A stretch of DNA of 32,000 nt from Candidatus Electrothrix sp. GW3-4 (GTDB taxonomy: Bacteria > Desulfobacterota > Desulfobulbia > Desulfobulbales > Desulfobulbaceae), in NCBI RefSeq assembly GCF_037902255.1, contig NZ_CP147990.1, positions 2,010,001 through 2,042,000 of the forward strand, read 5' to 3'. A program made the translations under genes and the position numbers. This document shows positions 18,554 to 27,060 of the stretch, in pieces. Under the pieces are notes generated by a model. That model ran no database searches and was not told where the DNA came from. It saw nothing but the letters and a program-made list of their open reading frames with translations. How positions within the stretch are numbered: the stretch's first letter is position 1; every line of letters begins with the position of its first letter.

Positions 18554-21500
18554 TTATCTTTCATATTCCTGTACCAATCTCCAGGTTAAACTCCTCATCC
18601 TGATGAGTTGCAAGATACTTTCAAGTTCCTCCGTTCTCTTTCGCAGATGCCTTCCGTCTTGCCAGATATGCCGTAAAATATCATGGAGGATATCCAGGGA
18701 TGCGCTGTCCGCAATCAACTCTATGCGGCGTCGGAGCACCCGCAGACCTGCTTCAAAACTCAGATCGTTAAAGCCTGCCTTGTAATCACAGGCTTCAACA
18801 TAGCAACGGAACATGGGGAGCAGGTCTTCACGACCGACCGGAGGCTTTCGAGGGATAAAGCTGTAGCTTTCCGAATCTGCTTCATCAGCCTGCTCTTCCA
18901 TTTGAAAACTCCTGCTGAACAGCACATCACCTTGTGTAATCCGGAATCGAGCTGCTACCCAAGGGTACTTATATCCTTCATCTTTTATTTTCCTCTCAAG
19001 ATCCTGCTCATATTTCACAACATCTTTATGAGCATTCCAATCATCATATTCTCCTGAGAAATAGATCGCATTCAGGTAGCTCTGGACTGCATCATCATAT
19101 TTGTCATGATGTTCACTGGCTTCACATACCGCAATGGATTGCTTGAGATATTCAAAGGCCCCAAGGCCGTCCTGATCATTCTTCCAGAAATGTCCGTTCA
19201 TCATCTGCAATTCACCCAGTTGAAAATATGCTTCAGCTGATTGCTGATGATAAAAGCGGATACGTTCTTGCAAAAACTCCTTCTGCTCCTTTTCCTTCAC
19301 TGAATCTAATCGTCCGCTTAACTCCTCCAGAGTTTGTTCAAGCTGCTTTTTACCTTGTTTCAGCAGGGTGAATGCCTTTTCTCGATCCCCCTCAAACTGT
19401 CTGTCAAACCTATCGCGTGCAGACGGCAATTCCTCCCGCAAATAAATTTCCAGCAGAGAGCCATAGCCGCCTTGGCGAAAATAAAATTCACCTTTGACAA
19501 TGTCCGTAAAGCCCTCCAGCCCCTGCTTCAAGATTGGATCAGTTATTTTGACTTGTGCCTCGATATCCTTTCCCTCAATGGCGTCTCGGGCACGTTCATA
19601 ACAAAGCCGGGTATAATGAACATCTCCCAAGAGGCGATATAATCGGCTCTGGCGACTCAGGCGACAGGCAACTTTTTCCTGATATATCTCGCTGCCGGTC
19701 TGTTTAGCCTGAAGCCGATAACCGTCAATCAGGCATTTGTTCAACAAAACCGCATCGCGGTACTTACCGTCATCTTCAGCTTGTTGAATAGCCTGTTTCA
19801 GGCCTTTGATCGTTCCTTGTCTGTCCTCTTCAGTTAGCTGCAACAATTCGATATAGCTGAAGATGATTTTAAAATCAGAAATATCATACTGCCAGTCCTC
19901 AGGATTCTTTTTCAGCCAGGCAAGAATCTCCTCCGCAACCACCCGCTGCTTTTTGATCAGGGTGATTAAACGGTTATAACATACCCGCAACACCAAAAAG
20001 TACCGATCCTTGTTGAATTTCTTTTTATATAATGCCGCAGAAAAATAATGCCTGAACGCCTTATTCAATAGCTTTATCTCTTTGATGCAGTTAGCATCAC
20101 GGGTATTTTTTGCCTGAAGCCGATCCAATGCGCTGTCGAACGCTATATTCCCCAAGGTCAATTCATAACGACCCATGAGATTCGGATAGCGTTCCATTTC
20201 CGACCGTAAATCAACCTCTAATTGTTTCCGGTACTGTTGCTGTTTTTGCTCATTTTCTATTTTTTTCTCGTTTGATAAATTTTCTGCTGCATAATTCCAA
20301 AAGTAATACAAGGCGACCAAACTTTCTAAGGCATCAATATGACTATAGCGAAACTGGCTGATCTCAGCGGATTTCGCAGCCTGAAGAAATGCCTGTTCAG
20401 CTTCCCGCCATTTATCGGCTCTCCATGCTTCAGGCGTCATCATATATAGCTCGCCCAGATTGAAATAGGCATCTGCCAGCTCTTTATGCGAAACAGGATC
20501 TTCAGATTCGCCTTGAAGAATTTTGATGGCTTCCTTTGTATGCTCCACTGCGCTTCTAAGTAGTTCCGCTCGCAAGCTACCCTGTTTGGTAAAGGTATTA
20601 TTAACAGCATAACGCAGCTCTCTTGCCCGGTAATACTCTATCATATAGGCAGACTCTAGAGAGTCATAGGACAGCCAGCAATAATTGCTCTGTAAACGGC
20701 CACCCAGCAGAGGATCCGGTATTTCCCTATAAATTCTTTTCGCTTGTTCCAAATAAGAACGGGCGTCCATACTACGACCGGCGACGGCCAGCACATGGGC
20801 TATTGTATTCAATGATCTGAAGATCTCTTTTTTATTGCGAGGGAGGCTCTCAACAATATTAAATTGCATTTCTGCATATCGTATTGATTCGGAAAACTTC
20901 CCTTTATAACGATACAGCATAGCAAGGTTTCCGTAGGTGTACTGAATACGCTGTTGGAGATTCCTTTTCTTCCTTGTACCCGCATCCAATTCTTTTCCTA
21001 ATAGGTCCAAGAGCCCGTCTAAGCTCTGCTTCATCCAGCCTTCTGCCTCATTAAAATCAGCTTTTCGGTAATACGTATAGCCGATCCAGTTTTCAGCAAG
21101 AAATACCAGGTCTTCTTGCCTCTCATGAGCAATAAAAATCTCTCTCGCCTCCTTCAGAAAACGGATGGCCTTATCAAATTCGTCCAGCCAGAAATAGGCA
21201 ATCCCCTCCCAGAGTTTAAACTTCCCGAAAAGCAAAGAACTTTCCCAGGATGCATCAGCTTGCTGCTGTTCATTTACTGATTTGATGATACCTAAAGCTC
21301 TTGGAATATCTTGTTCATTGCCATCAATATAATACCGAGCATCCCGTAACTCAACTTCGAGTTCAACGAGTAATGAGGGGGTGTATTTATCACAGCAAGA
21401 TACGGTTTCACGGCCGAGAAGGCTAGCATAGGCCCCTCGCCCATCCTCCATTGCCATATCAAATTCATCACAAAACCGTTGTACGCCTTCATCAGCATCT

Positions 21501-23497
21501 GCCATAAAGGTATATTCAATAAGCTCCGGTGTATACACCTCCCGTTTTTCCTGCATGACATCTTGTTTGGCCGCATCAATCAGTATGTCGATGTATTTTT
21601 CCAGCTCGTCTTGATCCAACCTGATGTTCAAGAATGAACAAAACTTTTTCTCTGTAAAAAACAGATTGTTAAAATCAATTACTTTATTCAAAATGCTTTC
21701 GGGGATTTTTTTCCCCCGCAAACGGCTGAAAGACAAGTCTGTCAGCCTGTAATCCGGCGACAGAAATTTATCCTCATAATAACGAACTAATTTTCCTGCG
21801 ATCTCCCTTTGTTGACGTTGATCAGGATCCACCCAGTTTTTCCAATGCGTTTCAAGCAAATCCCGCATCTCATCGTGGAGCAGGATAACATCTCCTTTAC
21901 CTTTATCTTTTTTATGTTTGATAAAAGATAGGGGGCTCAATTCGTTAAGTGTTTTCTGACAATTTCCCAGAGTGTCGTCGGTTAAATACTGCATGATTGC
22001 AGGAGTCATCCGGCGATAGGCCACGGCCATAGGATAAATGAACTTTCTTGCAGCGGGATCATTCCAGCACCATTGAATAACAGCCTTTTCAAAATTTGCT
22101 TTTTTTTCCTCATCGGCAAGCTTATTAAGCTCATCTAACAGTTCCCCCGGTTCGCGATTTCCGCTATTAAACCGATACCAGTCCATAAAGAGCGCTAGAT
22201 AAATCGGACGATAACCGGATAATTCGAAAATTTGATCAAGCTGATTTTCTGTCAGTTGAAGCTCTTCGAGCAGATCATCCAGCGTGTTGATGTTTGCTGT
22301 ATCCTTCAGACATGCCCTTAGGAAATCTGTCGCCTCAGAAGAGTCAAATAGATTAAGAGGAAGCTCGGAACTACCCGCTTTCTTATTAACAAGCGGATAA
22401 CGCCCTGCAATAACAATTCGTGTGTTGTCTGATAACAATCCAGGAAAAAGCTTATCTTCCAGCCAGCTAGAAAAGTCTGTATGGTCTGCCTTCTTTTTCT
22501 CACGATCAACCCGTTGAATTACCTCATATGTATCAAAGAAGAGAACGATTATCCGGCCCTCTTTTTTTGCCTTGTCGGCAAAATGTTTATAGTCTTCTTC
22601 TAAGGCGGTTAATACATTATCTAAGAGATATTGACGCTTACTGCTATCCTTGGTTCGACGATATTCCTTGAGCTGATAAAGAACATTCGAAAACTGATCA
22701 GAGCCTAATTGTTTAATGAGCTGTTTGATAACCCCCGCTTTAGAACGAGTTTCAGTATGATAAAGGTCAATTAGTTCGTCACTGGTTATGATTCTTTCGG
22801 CATATTCAGATTGATGGCATATCTCCTGCATTTGCAACAGAAGCTGCGTCTTACCGACGCCTCCATCACCATTTGTATGAATATCCAAGATAAAAGATCT
22901 GGAATTAAAAAGGAATTCTTCCTTAAATTGTTCTAACTCTTTTTTACGCCCTACAAAAATAGATGATTCTATCGTGGGCCGATTCTGCGTTCCGTCATGA
23001 CCAGCAGACCGTTCCGGCTGAACACTATGAATAGCGAAATTATCCCATAGTTGTTTTTTGATCTGCGCTTCAGTTTCAGTTTCAAACTCCAGTAATTTTC
23101 CGAGTTTTTCCACCAAATCCTTTGGCATCGCAACCTTCAGATCGGAACCCACATATTGAACAGAGAGGACTTTCTCAAAAAACGAATAGTTACTGTTTCC
23201 TACAAGTAAACCATGTAAGTACCTAAAAAGTTTTTTATTAAGGAATTCTCTATCGTTGCTTTGTCGATAGAAGATAATATTTTGGAATTCTTCGATGTTA
23301 CAGAGCCCCTGTCGAGCTGCCCTGATGTTATCCCGCTTGATTTTCTTCTCTTTAATTGCACCAGTAATATTTTGGTATTTTTCATCATCACAATTGAATG
23401 CATTCAGATCCAATTGTAATTCTTCTATCTCACTGTTAAGTTCGCCCAATTCTTTTCCAAGCTGGTCATATTTTTTCTGTAATTCATGAAAAGTCAT
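18554..23497 (-). CDS. Giant STAND-type P-loop NTPase with N-terminal coiled-coil/unknown domain and very long C-terminal TPR array
   Basis: The listed ORF starts at a TTG (23527). The first ATG is 23497 (MTFHELQKKY), with GGAG 7 nt upstream. FVGRKKELEQF precedes Walker A GDGGVGKT (nt 22847-22870). Walker B is RIIVLFFDTYE, the sensor-like strand is RIVIAGRY, and the GxP-like motif is SGYRPIYLAL. Roughly 900 aa of TPR-like repeats follow (for example GNLAMLYRYKGKFSESIRYAEMQ, LADAYFNLGELYMM, AEAYFQLGELQMM). Composition is AT-rich. Confidence 0.85.
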   Translation of the reverse strand: MTFHELQKKYDQLGKELGELNSEIEELQLDLNAFNCDDEKYQNITGAIKEKKIKRDNIRAARQGLCNIEEFQNIIFYRQSNDREFLNKKLFRYLHGLLVGNSNYSFFEKVLSVQYVGSDLKVAMPKDLVEKLGKLLEFETETEAQIKKQLWDNFAIHSVQPERSAGHDGTQNRPTIESSIFVGRKKELEQFKEEFLFNSRSFILDIHTNGDGGVGKTQLLLQMQEICHQSEYAERIITSDELIDLYHTETRSKAGVIKQLIKQLGSDQFSNVLYQLKEYRRTKDSSKRQYLLDNVLTALEEDYKHFADKAKKEGRIIVLFFDTYEVIQRVDREKKKADHTDFSSWLEDKLFPGLLSDNTRIVIAGRYPLVNKKAGSSELPLNLFDSSEATDFLRACLKDTANINTLDDLLEELQLTENQLDQIFELSGYRPIYLALFMDWYRFNSGNREPGELLDELNKLADEEKKANFEKAVIQWCWNDPAARKFIYPMAVAYRRMTPAIMQYLTDDTLGNCQKTLNELSPLSFIKHKKDKGKGDVILLHDEMRDLLETHWKNWVDPDQRQQREIAGKLVRYYEDKFLSPDYRLTDLSFSRLRGKKIPESILNKVIDFNNLFFTEKKFCSFLNIRLDQDELEKYIDILIDAAKQDVMQEKREVYTPELIEYTFMADADEGVQRFCDEFDMAMEDGRGAYASLLGRETVSCCDKYTPSLLVELEVELRDARYYIDGNEQDIPRALGIIKSVNEQQQADASWESSLLFGKFKLWEGIAYFWLDEFDKAIRFLKEAREIFIAHERQEDLVFLAENWIGYTYYRKADFNEAEGWMKQSLDGLLDLLGKELDAGTRKKRNLQQRIQYTYGNLAMLYRYKGKFSESIRYAEMQFNIVESLPRNKKEIFRSLNTIAHVLAVAGRSMDARSYLEQAKRIYREIPDPLLGGRLQSNYCWLSYDSLESAYMIEYYRARELRYAVNNTFTKQGSLRAELLRSAVEHTKEAIKILQGESEDPVSHKELADAYFNLGELYMMTPEAWRADKWREAEQAFLQAAKSAEISQFRYSHIDALESLVALYYFWNYAAENLSNEKKIENEQKQQQYRKQLEVDLRSEMERYPNLMGRYELTLGNIAFDSALDRLQAKNTRDANCIKEIKLLNKAFRHYFSAALYKKKFNKDRYFLVLRVCYNRLITLIKKQRVVAEEILAWLKKNPEDWQYDISDFKIIFSYIELLQLTEEDRQGTIKGLKQAIQQAEDDGKYRDAVLLNKCLIDGYRLQAKQTGSEIYQEKVACRLSRQSRLYRLLGDVHYTRLCYERARDAIEGKDIEAQVKITDPILKQGLEGFTDIVKGEFYFRQGGYGSLLEIYLREELPSARDRFDRQFEGDREKAFTLLKQGKKQLEQTLEELSGRLDSVKEKEQKEFLQERIRFYHQQSAEAYFQLGELQMMNGHFWKNDQDGLGAFEYLKQSIAVCEASEHHDKYDDAVQSYLNAIYFSGEYDDWNAHKDVVKYEQDLERKIKDEGYKYPWVAARFRITQGDVLFSRSFQMEEQADEADSESYSFIPRKPPVGREDLLPMFRCYVEACDYKAGFNDLSFEAGLRVLRRRIELIADSASLDILHDILRHIWQDGRHLRKRTEELESILQLIRMRSLTWRLVQEYER

Positions 23498-23535
23498 GCA
23501 ACTACTCCACGATCTGGTGTTAATCAAGTAAAAAA

Positions 23536-25062
23536 TTATACCGACTCAATAATTTCTAATAATTTTGTAACATCAATCATTAGGCATAATTCTTTATCCC
23601 TCTCCAGAACATTTTTCAATCGGCCAATTTGGTCACGAACCAAATATTCATCTCCAATATATTCTTTAGTAAAATAACTGTTCAGATATTCTTTCAGCTT
23701 CTTCGCGATATTTTGAGTAATATTTTCTACACGTTCTTCTGTCATCAATAACGTCGTATGATACAGCCGTTCAACTATATTCTTGATCTGGCTGGCATCT
23801 CTGGTCTGTTCAATCCAGCGATCATATTGTTCAATCAATGCCCGCTGTATCTCAATAAATTTTTCTTTATGATTAATGCGTAAATCTAAAAGCAATATAT
23901 TCCGAGTAACCTCCTCAAGATCAAAACCGGCACCGAGAGTCCAAGGGGTAAAAATGTGTATCTTGTTTTGAAATTCAGTAATAAGATCATGAAAAAAAGA
24001 AAAAGATTGATCTTTAAAACTACCTGGAAGAAATCGAGATAAAATAAAATGGAAGGTGCTAAATTCAATACGTCGCAAGGGAGCAAGACAAGAAAGAATG
24101 GCCTCCGGTGAAGGATACTTAGAGCTTAATTCTAACTTTTCAAGGACTCGATTTTTAATTACTTTATCAATCAATTCCTGAATACTGCGATTATAATGCT
24201 CGTTAATAATTTCAGCTGTTACTATCTTTCTGAAGCCAGCACTCAAAAAATCAAGAAATGTATAACTACTGAACGGGTGACCTAGTGTTAGCATCCATAA
24301 TTTATTAAGAAGATCACTTTTGTTTTCAGCAGACAAGTGATTTTGAGATAAAAGACGGTCAACAAACTCTTCAGTATCTCGCAAAGATAGTCGCTGCATC
24401 TGATGCCGCTTAACCCTCCTGCGCAAAGTAGGACTTATCCATCCCCATCTCTGCTGACCAGCAAAAATAGCTATAAAATTATTGTTATCAATAAATTTAA
24501 GCAATATTTGTTCCTCAAGACGATGAATAATAGAAGGGCACGCCCGCTCTGTACTATCGAAGCAGATTACAATTTTATACTCCCTTAATAAATCTTGCAA
24601 AATTATCGTGAAGCCATTAAGCAGTTCTTCTTCTTTTCTATCAATAGGTTTCCGGTCTGCAGTTTCTGGGACGTCCCAAAGTTGTCTGTGGTATTTTTGA
24701 AGTTCCTCAATATAACTATTCAACCGCTCATTAAAATTATTGAAATGACTTGATATTTTTTCTTTACCTGAAAAATCATCAACTACTTCTTGCAATATCG
24801 GATAAATCTCCGGTCGATAAAATTGTGGCTCATTTAAATCAATATAGGCAGCTAACCATTTTTTTCCCTTTATGGTTTCAGTAAAAAAGTACTTCAAAAG
24901 CTCCGTTTTACCCTGTCCAGAAATCCCGGTAAATTCCAAGAAATGTTTTTCTTTCTCTTCACCATTAAGAATATTTCCTAATAATTCTTTTTCATCTTTC
25001 CGGTTAACAAACAAATCAGAATCAAATTCGATGTCTCTTTTTATTTTTATTTTCATTTTCAT
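23536..25062 (-). CDS. STAND/AAA-like P-loop NTPase (508 aa), paralogous to the NTPase module of the downstream giant protein; no recognisable sensor repeats
   Basis: FVNRKDEKELL precedes Walker A GISGQGKT. Walker B is KIVICFDSTE, the sensor-like strand is FIAIFAGQQ, and the GxP-like motif is LGHPFSS. The C-terminal half is helical. The AAGGAG RBS is better spaced for the third-codon ATG at 25056. The gene stops 8-38 nt before the next gene. Confidence 0.8.
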   Translation of the reverse strand: MKMKIKIKRDIEFDSDLFVNRKDEKELLGNILNGEEKEKHFLEFTGISGQGKTELLKYFFTETIKGKKWLAAYIDLNEPQFYRPEIYPILQEVVDDFSGKEKISSHFNNFNERLNSYIEELQKYHRQLWDVPETADRKPIDRKEEELLNGFTIILQDLLREYKIVICFDSTERACPSIIHRLEEQILLKFIDNNNFIAIFAGQQRWGWISPTLRRRVKRHQMQRLSLRDTEEFVDRLLSQNHLSAENKSDLLNKLWMLTLGHPFSSYTFLDFLSAGFRKIVTAEIINEHYNRSIQELIDKVIKNRVLEKLELSSKYPSPEAILSCLAPLRRIEFSTFHFILSRFLPGSFKDQSFSFFHDLITEFQNKIHIFTPWTLGAGFDLEEVTRNILLLDLRINHKEKFIEIQRALIEQYDRWIEQTRDASQIKNIVERLYHTTLLMTEERVENITQNIAKKLKEYLNSYFTKEYIGDEYLVRDQIGRLKNVLERDKELCLMIDVTKLLEIIESV

Positions 25063-25116
25063 ATCTCCTTGCTGGACTCTCCTGGAAATTCCTCACTTAT
25101 TTTTGGACAAAAAAAG

Positions 25117-26190
25117 TCACCTCATCCGATTCTGAAAGTGTTCCTTGTCGTCGTAATGTATAAAATAAGAAGAGTCGAAACAAAAATTAATCCTGAATCT
25201 ATCAGTGAAGAACAAAATAAAATCTTCTTGAAATCTTTTAAACCATCCTCTATGCTTGGTTATCACATTCAACTCACTGATACAAATAAATATTCCATTA
25301 TGGTTATTACAAACTTCTTGAATTAAATTATGAACTTTGTAGTGTTGCCCAAAAAAATCATTTAATATTCTCTCTTTCTTATTTACCTCTCTACTATAGG
25401 AATTTTCTAAATATGGAGTAAATATCGGACGTACTTCTTCAGCTTTCTTTTCTCCTGCAAGATTGCAAATTATCGCGAATGCCATCCTGTACACTGCATT
25501 CTCGTAATTTTTAGTTTTTATAACATTTCCGAGCTGTATGATATACAATCCCCTTTTTTGCGGATTTAGTTTTACAGCATTTCCCTCTGAAATATCCTGG
25601 AGAGGTTTCCAAAGATCGGCAATACGATACAGCGGCATTCCAAAAACTGTACCTTCCGCTGGGATTGCCTGAATCTGCAACGCTACAACAGCTTGCAATT
25701 TATCACTGAAAATAGCACTGCCGCTATAACCTCGTTCATCTGCATCTTCACTTCTAAACCTAAAAACACGATGGCAGTTCAACCGTTCGTAATTCCCTAT
25801 AAAATGTCCTTTACAGGCACACATATATTTAAGACTTATTCCAAATCCATAAAGTCGAAATTCACCTAAATTACTTGATGCGGATTCTATTAATTGTATC
25901 GGCAAGAAGCGATATTGCTCCGATTGAAAATCTAATTTTAGCACGGCATAATCAATCCCCATCTCCTTTTGATATCCCCAGCTGACCCTATTTGCAAGGC
26001 AAGGGGCCTCTCCTAAGAATTGGACATAAATTTCTTTCTTAGGTTCTGCCGTCCCCAATAAATGACCTGCTGTCAGCAGATGCCCCTCACTACTCACAAG
26101 CCAAGCAGTACCAACTGGCTCACCCTTATCATTTAAGACAGCACAGGTAGCCTGTTGAATATCATCATCAGATATATTTTGTTTGCCCAT
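25117..26190 (-). CDS. Trypsin-like (S1/Trypsin_2-type) serine protease with an unassigned ~155-aa C-terminal domain
   Basis: The putative triad is H43 (LLTAGHLL), D80 (GIDYAVLKL) and S156 (ERGYSGSAIF), in the order and spacing of chymotrypsin-fold bacterial proteases. No signal peptide is visible, so it is probably cytoplasmic. Residues ~200-357 match nothing I recognise. Confidence 0.8.
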   Translation of the reverse strand: MGKQNISDDDIQQATCAVLNDKGEPVGTAWLVSSEGHLLTAGHLLGTAEPKKEIYVQFLGEAPCLANRVSWGYQKEMGIDYAVLKLDFQSEQYRFLPIQLIESASSNLGEFRLYGFGISLKYMCACKGHFIGNYERLNCHRVFRFRSEDADERGYSGSAIFSDKLQAVVALQIQAIPAEGTVFGMPLYRIADLWKPLQDISEGNAVKLNPQKRGLYIIQLGNVIKTKNYENAVYRMAFAIICNLAGEKKAEEVRPIFTPYLENSYSREVNKKERILNDFFGQHYKVHNLIQEVCNNHNGIFICISELNVITKHRGWFKRFQEDFILFFTDRFRINFCFDSSYFIHYDDKEHFQNRMR

Positions 26191-26225
26191 TGCAAATACT
26201 GCTCTCGTTCTGATTGTTGCTCACT

Positions 26226-26537
26226 TTACCAAATTAATTTTACTTTTAAGACAGAATCCGCTTTTACTCCTATAACCCATACTTTCGTTTGAGCTGAGAA
26301 TCCAAGAGAGAATTCTACTTCCATCTGCTTAACACCGCTTTCTTCACGAAATTTATTTAAGTCATTACCGAGATCTTTAGCCATATTCTTAATGACAGTT
26401 TTTGCCTTTGCATATGCATCCTGAATATCATCTTCAATACCGGTATCGACGGGGACATTTAACCCTTCCAATCTATCATCCATAGCCTGGATCAAAACAT
26501 CAGTCTCTCCAATACGTTCTCGTATGACTTTCATCAT
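26226..26537 (-). CDS. Trypco2-like (trypsin co-occurring domain 2 / CU044_2847-family-like) small protein
   Basis: This 103-aa protein has the C-terminal pattern MEVEFSLGFSAQTKVWVIGVKADSVLKVKLIW. That matches my recollection of the family signature (VEVEFG..L..E.G..I.K......FKVKLTW). It lies directly upstream of a trypsin-like protease gene, the defining context. AGAGGGG RBS is present. Confidence 0.7.
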   Translation of the reverse strand: MMKVIRERIGETDVLIQAMDDRLEGLNVPVDTGIEDDIQDAYAKAKTVIKNMAKDLGNDLNKFREESGVKQMEVEFSLGFSAQTKVWVIGVKADSVLKVKLIW

Positions 26538-26615
26538 TCACCCCTCTTTATCATTCATGAAAGATTTTTTGCTCCAACTTGTTAAAAATATAGACATCCC
26601 TACAAGAAGCAAAAC

Positions 26616-26658
26616 CACCCCGGCAAACGAAAGCCTATTCTTTCAGGATCCCGGGGTG
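26616..26658 (-). terminator. Probable terminator hairpin separating the 117-aa gene from the Trypco2 operon
   Basis: CACCCCGG (26616-26623) and CCGGGGTG (26651-26658) form an 8-bp GC stem with a structured 27-nt loop (inner GAAAG/CTTTC pair). On the minus strand it is followed by GTTTTGCTTCTTG and on the plus strand by TTTTTC. It starts 17 nt after the stop at 26675. Confidence 0.4.
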
Positions 26659-26674
26659 TTTTTCATCCACTTTC

Positions 26675-27028
26675 CTACCCCTCCTCCCCCTGCTCCACCT
26701 TCCTCGCCTGACGCTTCCGCTCACTTGTCCTCGTGCCGCCGATCATATCGTATTCCTCAGAATTGGCCCCGAAAATCCCCTTGACCACCGCCCGCACCTG
26801 CACCATATGATCACTCAGATTCTCTGTCTTATCCCCTTTCCGATCAACCAACCGGGTCCGTTCGACATTAACAGCATCCAGGTCATCAATCACATCCTCC
26901 AGCTCGGTCACCTTTGTTTGCATATCCGCAGCCTTTAGCCCCTCAGGAATACGATCATCGATTTTCTCCAGGGCCTTTTTCATCTCATTGGCCTCCTGCA
27001 ACAACTTGGGTACGCTTTTATTCAACAT
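26675..27028 (-). CDS. Hypothetical coiled-coil protein (117 aa), backbone-like GC
   Basis: A strong AAGGAGG RBS lies 6 nt upstream of the ATG at 27028. The sequence is helical and charged (LQEANEMKKALEKIDDRIPEGLKAADMQTKVTELEDVIDDLD) with a basic tail (GGTRTSERKRQARK). I recognise no family. Confidence 0.6.
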   Translation of the reverse strand: MLNKSVPKLLQEANEMKKALEKIDDRIPEGLKAADMQTKVTELEDVIDDLDAVNVERTRLVDRKGDKTENLSDHMVQVRAVVKGIFGANSEEYDMIGGTRTSERKRQARKVEQGEEG

Positions 27029-27060
27029 AGAAGCCTCCTTTTCTTTTCAGTGCAGGCATC

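Noticed and set aside
18420-26660. Calling the AT-rich block a mobile element (genomic island, ICE or prophage)
   Set aside because: Only the compositional shift supports this. I found no integrase, recombinase, transposase, tRNA attachment site or flanking direct or inverted repeats. It is reported as a compositional finding, not annotated as a mobile_element.
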